A stretch of 12,079 bases of DNA from Octopus sinensis (lineage: Eukaryota), in contig NW_021826786.1 in assembly GCF_006345805.1 (NCBI RefSeq), forward strand, positions 1 to 12,079. Reading direction: 5' to 3'. Positions 1-9,226 of the stretch are shown one piece after another. The position numbers and the translations under genes are program-made. The notes under the pieces are model-generated. The model did not search any database. It saw only the letters and a program-made list of their open reading frames with translations, and was not told where the DNA came from. Numbering within the stretch: position 1 is the first letter of the stretch; each line of letters starts with the position of its first letter.

Positions 1-87
1 TTATTAATATTATTATTATTATTATTACTGTTATATTATTATATTATTATTAGGAGGAGGAGGGGGAGGTGGTGGTGGTGGAGATCC

Positions 88-157
<70 letters not shown>
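1..157. repeat. (TTA)n microsatellite interrupted by a short (GGA)/(GGT) purine run
   Basis: Direct reading: TTA tandem units at 1-52 and ~88-157, with GGAGGAGG...GGTGGTGG at ~53-81. Confidence 0.95.
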
Positions 158-246
158 TGCAAGCCGAAACAAATAAGCAAAGAAGCATAAAACACTTCCT
201 GCCCCTAACATATAATAAATATATAAAAATACAATGAAGAAATCTA

Positions 247-247
<1 letters not shown>

Positions 248-286
<39 letters not shown>

Positions 287-291
287 AACAA

Positions 292-327
<36 letters not shown>

Positions 328-427
328 GTAGGTGTCTATTCGTATATGTATGTATCCGTAAATATATTTATACACGCACACACAAACGCATAAAAATATA
401 CAGACTTTATATGTATATATGCATACA

Positions 428-477
<50 letters not shown>
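248..477. repeat. Compound (CA)n/(CAAA)n/(TA)n microsatellite cluster
   Basis: CA and CAAA runs at 248-311, TA at 312-326 and (AT)n at 431-477. Confidence 0.9.
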
Positions 478-480
<3 letters not shown>

Positions 481-713
481 TATTCAAGCATATACATAAC
501 TACGTATGCGTATGTGTTTATACCCACCAACACACACACACACACACACAAACGCACACACACACACATATATATATATGCATGTGACACCCAGTGTGAG
601 TGTGTGTGCGTATCCCTTCTTCCTGGAGGCATGAATTAAGCGTATCACCGTTATTTTTTCATGTCAGTCGCGTAATTACACCGACAATCTACATTGTCCA
701 TCCACTTCTGAAA

Positions 714-812
714 CTTCACCTCCCCTCTTCAAAATCTCATCCCATCTCTCCCTCCCTTCTCCTTTCTATCCCTGCTTTTATCCCTCTCTTTCTTTCTCTC
801 CGTCTTTCTCCC

Positions 813-844
<32 letters not shown>
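714..844. repeat. Polypyrimidine (CT-rich) tract followed by (AT)n
   Basis: Mostly C/T from ~714 to 816, then AT repeat at 817-844. Confidence 0.85.
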
Positions 845-1026
845 GCTTTTAGAATTTCTGAGCTCTAATACATGGCATTTAATATCAATTACTTTGAATA
901 CTCAATACATACACATATCCATAATTACAGAGTACTCCAGTGACAGACGTCACCCTCCCTCTTGCCATTAACCCCGCTACACACAACCCATATATCATTA
1001 TATATTCATTCTGCTCATGTATGTAC

Positions 1027-1077
1027 ATATAGATATATATATATATATTATATATATATATATATAAATATATATAC

Positions 1078-1122
<45 letters not shown>

Positions 1123-1156
1123 TAAATATATATATATATATATTATATAAATATAT

Positions 1157-1191
<35 letters not shown>

Positions 1192-1276
1192 AATATATGT
1201 ATATATATATAGGTGTGTGTGTATGGATGTATATATATATATATATAATATATATATAATATATATATTTAATATA

Positions 1277-1307
<31 letters not shown>

Positions 1308-1367
1308 AATATATATATAATATATATATAATATATATATATATATATTATAATATATATAATATAT

Positions 1368-1424
<57 letters not shown>

Positions 1425-1432
1425 ATATATTA
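1027..1432. repeat. ~400-bp imperfect (TA)n array
   Basis: Near-continuous TA dinucleotides with TAAA/TACA/TAA interruptions and a short GT insert at ~1212-1230. Confidence 0.95.
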
Positions 1433-1669
1433 CCAAAATGTAATCATTACACACACACGCACACTCACACACACATATATATGCACACATTTAGTAAAGG
1501 ATTTCTTGTTGAGAGTGTATCTTTGTTCAGATTTCATACATCGGTTTACATGTGAAGCTATGTGAGCGTACGTATAGGTGTGTATGCGCATGCATACACA
1601 CACACACATCTCACACTCTCATCGCTCCTCTTTCTCTCACACATACACACACACAGACGCACAGAGGCG

Positions 1670-1671
<2 letters not shown>

Positions 1672-1719
<48 letters not shown>

Positions 1720-1846
1720 ACATGTTTATATGTAAAATTACTTGACACGTGTTTTGTTTCAAATCCTCATGCCATCCCACCTCATCGCTTTATTAGTAGG
1801 AAAATTATTTGATTTAAGCATCTACTTCATATGAGAGAAACAGTTC

Positions 1847-1889
<43 letters not shown>

Positions 1890-1905
1890 CACACACACAC
1901 ACACA
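1672..1905. repeat. (TA)n at 1672-1716 and (CA)n at 1850-1905
   Basis: Direct reading. Confidence 0.9.
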
Positions 1906-1949
1906 TGTATATATACACAATACAGATATACATACATTTACATATTTAC

Positions 1950-2101
1950 GTGTGTGTCTATCCTTGTGTTTGTTTAAGTCTGTGAAACAAACTTAGCGGT
2001 TCGGCAAAATGGGCGTTACGTTGAAGGCCGTTTTATTTTTTGCTAAAACTTTCTAATTGGCGCTACACACTGGCAGCAATGCAATGATTGTAACAAGTAA
2101 A
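1950..2101 (+). mobile_element. Highly decayed 3' fragment of the CORE-like composite SINE family, + strand
   Basis: 1990-2009 AACTTAGCGGTTCGGCAAAA matches the reverse complement of the 2153-2512 copy at 17/20. 2083-2101 AATGATTGTAACAAGTAAA matches its terminal segment at 16/19. Confidence 0.6.
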
Positions 2102-2118
2102 CATTAGTAGTTATATAT

Positions 2119-2152
<34 letters not shown>

Positions 2153-2155
<3 letters not shown>

Positions 2156-2512
2156 TTTTACTCATTTACTAGTTTCAGTCATTTGATTCCGGCTATGCTG
2201 CAGCATCACCTTTAAACTATCGAATCGACCCCAGGATTTATTCTATCAATCTCTTTTGCTGAACTGCTAAATTATGGTGACATAAGCACGCCAACATCGA
2301 AGCTATAGTGGGGGGACAAACACAGGCTTAAAAAGACACGCACCCATATATATATGACAGGCTTCTTCTAGTTTCCGTCTACCTCTCCTAAATCTACTCA
2401 CAAGGCTTTAGCTGGCCTGAGGCTATAGTAGAAGACTCTTGCCCAAGGTACCACGCAGTGGGACTGAACTTGGAACCATGAGGTTTGGAAGCAAGCTTTT
2501 TACCACACAACC
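2153..2512 (-). mobile_element. Near full-length tRNA-derived composite SINE with CORE-like segment (Octopus OR/OK-like by recognition)
   Basis: On the minus strand: Pol III A-box-like TGTGTGGTAA (2500-2509), B-box-like GTTCAGTCC (2461-2469), CORE-like TGGTACCTTGGGCAAGAGTCTTCT (2430-2453), an internal TA/CA spacer and a 3' tail ending TGACTGAAACTAGTAAA. Colinear with the copy at 2769-3092. Confidence 0.85.
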
Positions 2513-2653
2513 CCCCCCCCATATATGTACACATAACTTAGATATGTTTCGACTAAAGATTGGTCCAGGCCATGACTAACTTAATAGCACCACCTGATAG
2601 GATTATCTAAGTCATTTTTTATGCGAAGTTTTGTGGTACATTGGTCCATTCGA

Positions 2654-2684
2654 GTATATATATATACATACACACACACCATAT

Positions 2685-2758
<74 letters not shown>

Positions 2759-2768
2759 TGTATATATA
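2654..2768. repeat. (TA)n microsatellite with short CA run
   Basis: Direct reading. Confidence 0.9.
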
Positions 2769-3092
2769 TTCTTTCTTTTATTCTTTTTCTTGTTTCAGTC
2801 ATTTGACTGCGTCCATGCTGGGGCACCGTCTTTAGTCAAACAAATCGACCCCAGTACTTATTCTTTGTAAGTCAAGTACTTGTTTTTATCATTCTTTTGA
2901 GCTGAACCGCTAAGTTACGGGGACGTAAGTACACCACCTTCCGTTTTCAAGCGATGTTGGGGAGACAAACACAGACACACTCACAGATATACATACGACA
3001 GGCTCCTTTCAGTTTCCGTCAACCAAATCCACTCACAAGGCTTTGGTCAGTCCGTGGTTATAGTAGAAGACACTTGTCCAAGGTACCACGCA
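2769..3092 (-). mobile_element. Second copy of the same composite SINE, 5'-truncated (tRNA head missing)
   Basis: Aligns to 2153-2457 (TTTCAGTCATTTGA..., ATCGACCCCAG, ACTCACAAGGCTTT, TATAGTAGAAGA, CCAAGGTACCACGCA). Homology stops at 3092, where TA repeat begins. Confidence 0.85.
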
Positions 3093-3205
3093 TATATACA
3101 TATATTAACACCTAATGCATATATGCATATATATGTGTGTGTAAATTTGTAACATAGCCGTCAATTGCAAGCAAGTACAACTTATGAATATTGTAGCCGG
3201 CGTGT

Positions 3206-3418
3206 AAGGCGGCGAACCGGCCGAACCGTTAGCACACCGGGCCAAATGCTTATCGCATTTGGTCAGGCTGTACATTCTGAGTTCAAATTCTGCGATGTCT
3301 GTTTTGCCTTTTATTCTTTCAGGATCAGTGAAATAAGTTGAACATTGCATTCGCTGCAATCGACCCACCTCCCTTCTCCTAAATCGCTGTTCCTGTGTGA
3401 AGATTTAAAATTAATATT
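3206..3418 (+). mobile_element. tRNA-derived SINE, second family (Meta-domain-like centre), diverged copy
   Basis: Head AAGGCGGCGA...CGTTAGCAC, B-box-like GAGTTCAAATTC, central TTGCCTTTTATTCTTTCAGGATC. Colinear with 4881-5093. Confidence 0.75.
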
Positions 3419-3531
3419 GTACTATCCTTTAGTCATGACTCAATGTTTGTTTAGAAATGCGGTCCACCAGTTTATGTGGCTTGACTAAACGCGATCCGTT
3501 TCTCGGAAAATGCTTCCTATATCAGATCGAA

Positions 3532-3834
3532 GTAGAGGCACATGGCCTAGTGGCTAGAGCAGCAGACTCACGGTCGAGGTATCGCGGGTTCGAATATCAG
3601 ACCGCGCGATGTGTGTGCTTATGAGCAAAACATATAAGCTCCACGCGGTTCCGGCAGAAGGTAATGGCGAAATTCTGGTGACTCTTTCGCCACAACTTTC
3701 TCTCACTTTTTCGTCCTGCATCTTGCAGCTCACCTGCGACGGACCGGCGTCCCGTTCAGGTGGGGAACCTATACGCCAAGGAAACCGGGAAACCGGCCCT
3801 TATGAGCCAGGCGTGGCTCGAGAAGGAACAAACA
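3532..3834 (+). mobile_element. Full-length tRNA-derived SINE with V-domain-like core and 13-bp TSD
   Basis: A box TGGCCTAGTGG (3543-3553); B box GGTTCGAAT (3587-3595); V-SINE-like motifs GTGTGCTTATGAGCAAAAC, CCTGCGACGGACCGGCGTCCCGTTCAGG (3733-3760) and GAAACCGGG; tail AACAAACA. Flanking direct repeat ATATCAGATCGAA (3519-3531) / ATATTTGATCGAA (3835-3847), 11/13 identical. Confidence 0.8.
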
Positions 3835-4057
3835 ATATTTGATCGAAAGCTTGGATGTAAGAATTCAGCTCAACATAGAGATTTTTATTCCTCACAACAT
3901 TGCTGTCCACTGAATAGCTAAACACTTCAATCGTACACGAGCTTTGATTCCTGTCTCATAAATATTACAGCCTGGTTCTGTTTGTAGCGCACATCCGTTT
4001 TTTTTAAGTTATTCTACTAATATTCTTTAGTTCAATTTTTATTATGCATGTAAGAAT

Positions 4058-4216
4058 TTATTCTGGTGCAGGTGTACCTTTGGTATGACCATCAGGACAA
4101 TCTTTCTTGTGGATATCATTGAAATTATTTTTGGCAACAATGTCGTATCCCATAAGAAGGTGGGGTACGTTACAGCCAACTCTAGGCGGTTCATGATGGT
4201 AATATGGATGAACTTT
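4058..4216 (-). CDS. Candidate terminal coding exon of unknown product: KVHPYYHHEPPRVGCNVPHLLMGYDIVAKNNFNDIHKKDCPDGHTKGTPAPE*
   Basis: AG at minus 4218-4217, 52 open codons, TAA at 4060-4058, AATAAA at minus 4062-4057 and 4043-4038, A8 at minus 4005-3998. No recognisable homology. Confidence 0.25.
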   Translation of the reverse strand, partial: KVHPYYHHEPPRVGCNVPHLLMGYDIVAKNNFNDIHKKDCPDGHTKGTPAPE

Positions 4217-4340
4217 CTACGCTAATATAGGACAACCGATATTGCGTATCACGAAGAGAAATTTTGAACACATCCTTACCTCATATTCATAAGGAATTCA
4301 AAAGAATGCAACAATTATTCTTGAATAACGAAGTCGTATG

Positions 4341-4734
4341 CAGTGATCCCTCGTTTATCGCGGTAGAGTGGTTCCGAGACCGGCCGCGATAACTGAATTT
4401 CCGCGAAGTAGGGACACCATATTTACAGTATTTATTTAGCGTGTATTTGGACTTTTAAAACCCACCCATTACAGTAGTCTATTAATAACAAGGACAACTG
4501 TTGAGCAATAACGCTTTAGATTAAAAAAAAAATTGTTACTGTTACACAGGCCAGATTACAAAATAGAAAGCTGCGAGTCGTCATCCCTCTCCATTGCACC
4601 AATCACTGCCCGTCTTAAGTTCAAATACCCCTGTATATGCTGTTTTGCTATTTTACGCTTGTTTTATTGTTTCTAGACTAGGAAATAATATTTATTATTG
4701 ATATTTTAAGGGATTTAATGAAAAATTTTAGGCG

Positions 4735-4782
<48 letters not shown>

Positions 4783-4806
4783 CCGCGAAGTAGCGAGGGG
4801 TCACTG
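4341..4806. mobile_element. Non-autonomous Tc1/mariner-superfamily (Tigger/pogo-like) MITE
   Basis: Left TIR CAGTGATCCCTCGTTTATCGCGGT (4341-4364). Right end reverse-complements to CAGTGACCCCTCGCTACTTCGCGGT (4806-4782). Right flank is TA (4807-4808), left flank is TG (mutated TA?). Subterminal CCGCGAAGTA is repeated at 4401-4410 and 4783-4792. No transposase ORF. Confidence 0.85.
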
Positions 4807-4880
4807 TATTTGTAGGTAGGATATATCAACCACTATTCCGGAAAACGCTATTCTTCTTTCCCATCTTGCTCATGTCTTTT

Positions 4881-5093
4881 AAGGCGTTGAGCTGGCAGAA
4901 TCGTTAGCACGAAATGTTTCGCGGTACTTCGTCTGTTTTTATGTTCTGACTTCAAATTCTACCGAGGGTGACTTCACCTTTCATCCTTTCGGGGTCTATA
5001 AAATAGATATTAGTTACGCACTAGGGTCGATGTAATCGACTTACCCCGTGACTCGAAAATACCGGCCCAGTGCCAAAATTTGAGAGCAATATT
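4881..5093 (+). mobile_element. tRNA-derived SINE, second family (Meta-domain-like centre)
   Basis: A-box-like TGGCAGAATCG, B-box-like GACTTCAAATTC, central CCTTTCATCCTTTCGGGGTCTATAAAAT, GGGTCGATGTAATCGACTT and tail TGCCAAAATTTGAGAGCAATATT. Homologous to 3206-3418. Confidence 0.8.
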
Positions 5094-5109
5094 GCTCCTA
5101 TCTTCTAAC

Positions 5110-5295
5110 TTCTGAAATGCGTATCATTCTTGTTTTACGAATAGGACAAATGTTTTTCCCTAAAATTTCCCAAAAGTTCATTGTTTTTAAGACCAAGTTT
5201 TTATTGATACCACGAAAATAATATTCACTGCAAGAAAAAAATGAGCCGTCCCCTATGATGACGTCATGTAAGAATATATTTAGGAGTTTTGAAAC
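5110..5295 (-). CDS. Candidate internal phase-0/0 exon of unknown product: VSKLLNIFLHDVIIGDGSFFSCSEYYFRGINKNLVLKTMNFWEILGKNICPIRKTRMIRISE
   Basis: Pyrimidine-rich acceptor CCTTTACTTTGGATTCTTCTATGCAG| before 5295, 62 open codons, donor GAA|GTTAGA at 5110/5109. In phase with the candidate exon at 4216-4058. Confidence 0.25.
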
Positions 5296-5335
5296 CTGCA
5301 TAGAAGAATCCAAAGTAAAGGACTTTTGAGAAGTC

Positions 5336-5458
5336 CTTTCTTTCTTTATCCTTTTATTTTTCTTTCTTTCTTTTTCCTTTTTTTGTTTTTCCTCTCTTTC
5401 TTTCTCTCTCTCTTTCTCGCTTTCTTTCTTTCTTTATTTTTTCATTCTTTCTTTCTTC
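5336..5458. repeat. ~120-bp polypyrimidine (TTTC/CT) tract
   Basis: Direct reading. Confidence 0.9.
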
Positions 5459-5501
5459 AAATCAAAACAGTTCCAGGGATTTGTGAAAATATGAGGGATT
5501 G

Positions 5502-5630
5502 AGTGTGCGTGTGTTTGAGTTTGTTTGTTTGCGTGTGTTTGTGTGTCTGTTTGTGTGCTTGTGTGTATGTGTGTGTGCATGCGTGTGCCCGTGTGTGTGT
5601 GTCTGTTCGTTTGTTTGTGTGTGTGTGTAA
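5502..5630. repeat. Degenerate (GT)n/(GTTT)n microsatellite
   Basis: Direct reading. Confidence 0.85.
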
Positions 5631-6117
5631 CTGTGTCCGTGTACGTTTATATATGGAGATGCATGAAAGAAATTTACTCACAATCACGTAATGAGTATAT
5701 ACGATGCTTTAGTATAAAAGCGTGTTTGTGTCATTACTCATCACGTATGTGTGTGTATGTCAAATGCACACGTGACTGTGAACATGTAAAAAAAAAAAAG
5801 AAAATCTAAAATGAAGGCAATTCGGAACGTTTTACAAATCTTGCCCGTAACACCGAGCGATCTGATTTGAAGGATGTGAACCAGTTTGCTTTCTCCTTCT
5901 TTGGATAACCGCCAATATTTCCAAGCTTTTATACAAATCTGTTGCAACATATAGCTGTACCTTTTCTTGCTACACGTAAAAAGCTGTCACCGGGTTATAA
6001 CAACTCCGTGTTCCACATTAATTCGCCATAGCTGTTATGTTTTGCTATAAAATTAGATGAGACATTAACATCAGAATCAGTATATATACACATATATATG
6101 TGTATATAATATGAGTG

Positions 6118-6445
<328 letters not shown>

Positions 6446-6468
6446 CATACACGCACACAGACCTACAT

Positions 6469-6616
6469 CAAATATGGGCAACATTTTGCTAGAAGCGGGC
6501 CGCATGAGATGTGATTCATCATGAGGCGACTGGCACAACTAAAGAAACGATTCAAGAAAATTTTGACTAGGCGTACTATTCATAAAGCCCCGCGAGCCGC
6601 AGTTTGCCCACGATTG
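6469..6616. mobile_element. Short degenerate hAT (Charlie-like) MITE
   Basis: Left end CAAATATGGGCAAC; right end reverse-complements to CAATCGTGGGCAAAC (10/13 over the first 13 nt). Internal GCGGGCCGCAT and GCGAGCCGCAGTTTGCCCA resemble hAT subterminal motifs. The 8-bp TSD is not preserved (ACCTACAT vs TTACGCGC). Confidence 0.5.
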
Positions 6617-6619
6617 TTA

Positions 6620-6825
6620 CGCGCGCGCGCGTGCACACACATACACACATGCATACACATACATTTATATATATGTGTATATGTGCATGTGTGCATGTGT
6701 ATATGTATTTTTATATGTATATAATGATTAGCTTTTAGTATATGTATGTATGTATGTGTGTATGTATGTATGTATGTAATGTGTGTATGTATGTATGTGT
6801 GTGTGTATGCATGAGTGCATGCATG
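6620..6825. repeat. (CG)n-(CA)n-(TG)n-(TATG)n alternating purine/pyrimidine repeat cluster
   Basis: Direct reading. Confidence 0.85.
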
Positions 6826-7359
6826 TATTTACGCCTGTCTTTTCGAAGTACACCTAATGAATGTGTTTGACTATTGTACCAAAACATAGTTGATATGTCC
6901 GTGACAGTTTTACAATAGACAGTAAAGAGCTCCAGGGTTTCTCAACATATTTTGGCAAAGACAAGCTTCTATGATCTCGGCCTCTTCGGCTCTTGTTGAA
7001 CTCTTTGCATAGCTAACCTCTTAAACTACAACAAAGAAACTGGTGGAGATAGTGGTTGGGGTTGCGGTTTAAAACACAGTGGTAAAACATGATTATATTC
7101 ACCGCAACGAGACATCCTTAACTGTCAAAGCGTAATCAATGCCCATGAATCCGGTATTTGGCAAATAAGCTATTAAGCTTTTTCTAAGGGTTTGCTTGAA
7201 CGTAAACAATCAGTCCCGCCCACGACCACGCCCTACCGGTTTCCCAAGAATCTTCTGAAGACGCACACAAAGTCTACAGTCTTTCACCTCACCCCGTCTC
7301 ATTGTACAGGGTGCACTTAATTAATCAGGATCTTTTCTATGCGTACAGACACCAGCTTT

Positions 7360-7821
<462 letters not shown>

Positions 7822-7879
7822 AAGCTGTATATGCATACACACATCAAAATATATTTATCTATCTACATATTTATCTATG

Positions 7880-7923
7880 AATTTATATACATATACATAT
7901 AAATAATAAATAAATATAAATAA

Positions 7924-7955
<32 letters not shown>

Positions 7956-7977
7956 GTATATATATATTATAATATTA

Positions 7978-8052
<75 letters not shown>

Positions 8053-8063
8053 TAATATATATA
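7880..8063. repeat. AT-only array ((TAAA)n and (TA)n)
   Basis: Direct reading. Confidence 0.9.
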
Positions 8064-8916
8064 TCGTTGCTATTATGCAAAAGTGTCGTAAGTTCAAAGC
8101 GTTGCTTTTTCAGAAAATGAAAAAATGGTTTCAGCATTCATAGCAAAACCGTTGAACTAAACTTTGACATTTTTTTACATCTTGTCATCAGAAGCAGCTG
8201 AAGACATGATAGTTTGACCAGAAAAACTTGCTATTGCACGCAAAAATAAATATTTAAAAGCAACGCATTTGGCCAAATTTGGACATACATAAGCTTGCTG
8301 GTTAGTGATTCAAAACTGGAGGACGCCAAAGTAATGTAATTGGAATCATATTGTATTCATGGTTGAAATACTTTTAATAGGTCAAAATGAAAATGCTGGA
8401 CTCTGATTGAGCAACATCGCCAAGGAAATTAATATGGAGGAAAAACTGATGGTTGGATGATAGCAACATAATTAAAATAAAGAGTGAAAGTATTTCCAAG
8501 AGATCGCTCTATATGCTAGAAATAGAAGCATTTCTTCATCAAATTATTCCCTACAATCTTATAAGAAAAAGAAGGATATATTGGACAATGTATTGATAGT
8601 TATACAAAAAGACTGTGTGTGCATGAGTATGTTTTTGTGCATATAAATGTATATATATATATATATATATAATATATATTATATATATATGTGTGTGTGT
8701 GTGTGTTGTTGTGTTTGTGTATTTTATACATGTCTCTCTCTCCATACCTAGCTTTGCTCTCTCCATCCCTCTCTCTCTCTCTCCCTATATATATACCAGA
8801 GTAAGCACATAAATGTGAACCAAGGTGGAAAAAATTGTACTGGAATATTGGACGAAGAGTAATATACTTTATTATCATTAGAGCTGCCAAAACATCACAA
8901 AAATATCATAAAAAAC

Positions 8917-8954
8917 CTGTTACTCAGAGTTTCCCGTTCCCGATCGTCGGGCAG
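8917..8954 (-). ncRNA. Minimal type I hammerhead-ribozyme-like motif, copy 1
   Basis: Minus strand reads CTGC-CCGACGA-TCG-GGAA-CGG-GAA-ACTC-T-GAGT-A-ACAG. Core C(C)GACGA and GAAA, stem III ACTC/GAGT with a 1-nt loop and a GUA triplet; predicted cut between 8921 and 8920. Deviations: U4C, U.G at the base of stem II, C.A mismatch closing stem I. Confidence 0.6.
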
Positions 8955-9052
8955 CTGTGATCAAGAAGGGAATAAAAATTGTGATTGTACGTATAATGTA
9001 AACTTCGATATGAATTATACGTACAAACACAATGTTCCATTCTTGATCACAG

Positions 9053-9090
9053 CTGCCAGACGAACGGGAACGTGAATCTCTGAGCAGCAG
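9053..9090 (+). ncRNA. Minimal type I hammerhead-ribozyme-like motif, copy 2 (core-mutated)
   Basis: Plus strand reads CTGC-CAGACGA-ACG-GGAA-CGT-GAA-TCTC-T-GAGC-A-GCAG. Stems I (CTGC/GCAG) and II (ACG/CGT) are perfect, but positions 4, 15.1 and 16.1 deviate from the catalytic consensus. Confidence 0.5.
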
Positions 9091-9140
9091 ATTTTTGTGA
9101 TATTTTTGTTATGTTTTTGCATCTTTGATAATAGAGTATA

Positions 9141-9194
9141 CATACATGCATACATACATACATACATACATACATACATACATACATACATACA

Positions 9195-9224
<30 letters not shown>
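9141..9224. repeat. (CATA)n tetranucleotide microsatellite
   Basis: ~21 near-perfect CATA units abutting the right arm of the inverted repeat. Confidence 0.95.

Positions 9225-9226
<2 letters not shown>

Larger units (their letters stand above)
8795..9140. mobile_element. Inverted-repeat element, probably derived from inverted pseudo-LTRs of a Penelope-like retroelement
   Basis: Arms 8863-8997 and 9014-9140 are reverse complements. Manual alignment gives ~112 matches, 15 mismatches and 8 gap positions, with a 16-nt spacer at 8998-9013. Each arm carries a hammerhead-like fold. 8795-8862 is an unpaired left extension. Confidence 0.7.

Noticed and set aside
3535-3605. Possible tRNA gene
   Set aside because: The A/B boxes continue into a SINE body with tail and TSD, and no complete acceptor stem closes; it is a SINE head.
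5084-5097. 14-bp palindrome GAGCAATATTGCTC at the SINE 3' end
   Set aside because: Half derives from the SINE tail; too short to interpret.
5235-5262. IIGDGSF in the candidate exon resembles the thiamine-pyrophosphate-binding GDG motif
   Set aside because: The downstream helix and NN motif do not follow at the expected spacing; a 5-residue match is expected by chance.
5258-5339. Palindromic CRE ATGACGTCAT (5258-5267) and 9-bp hairpin AAAGGACTT/AAGTCCTTT (5317-5339)
   Set aside because: Isolated short motifs with no promoter context; expected by chance in 12 kb.
8065-8600. Unique AT-rich stretch checked for a decayed transposase or exon
   Set aside because: The frames examined are interrupted by stops and show no recognisable domain.
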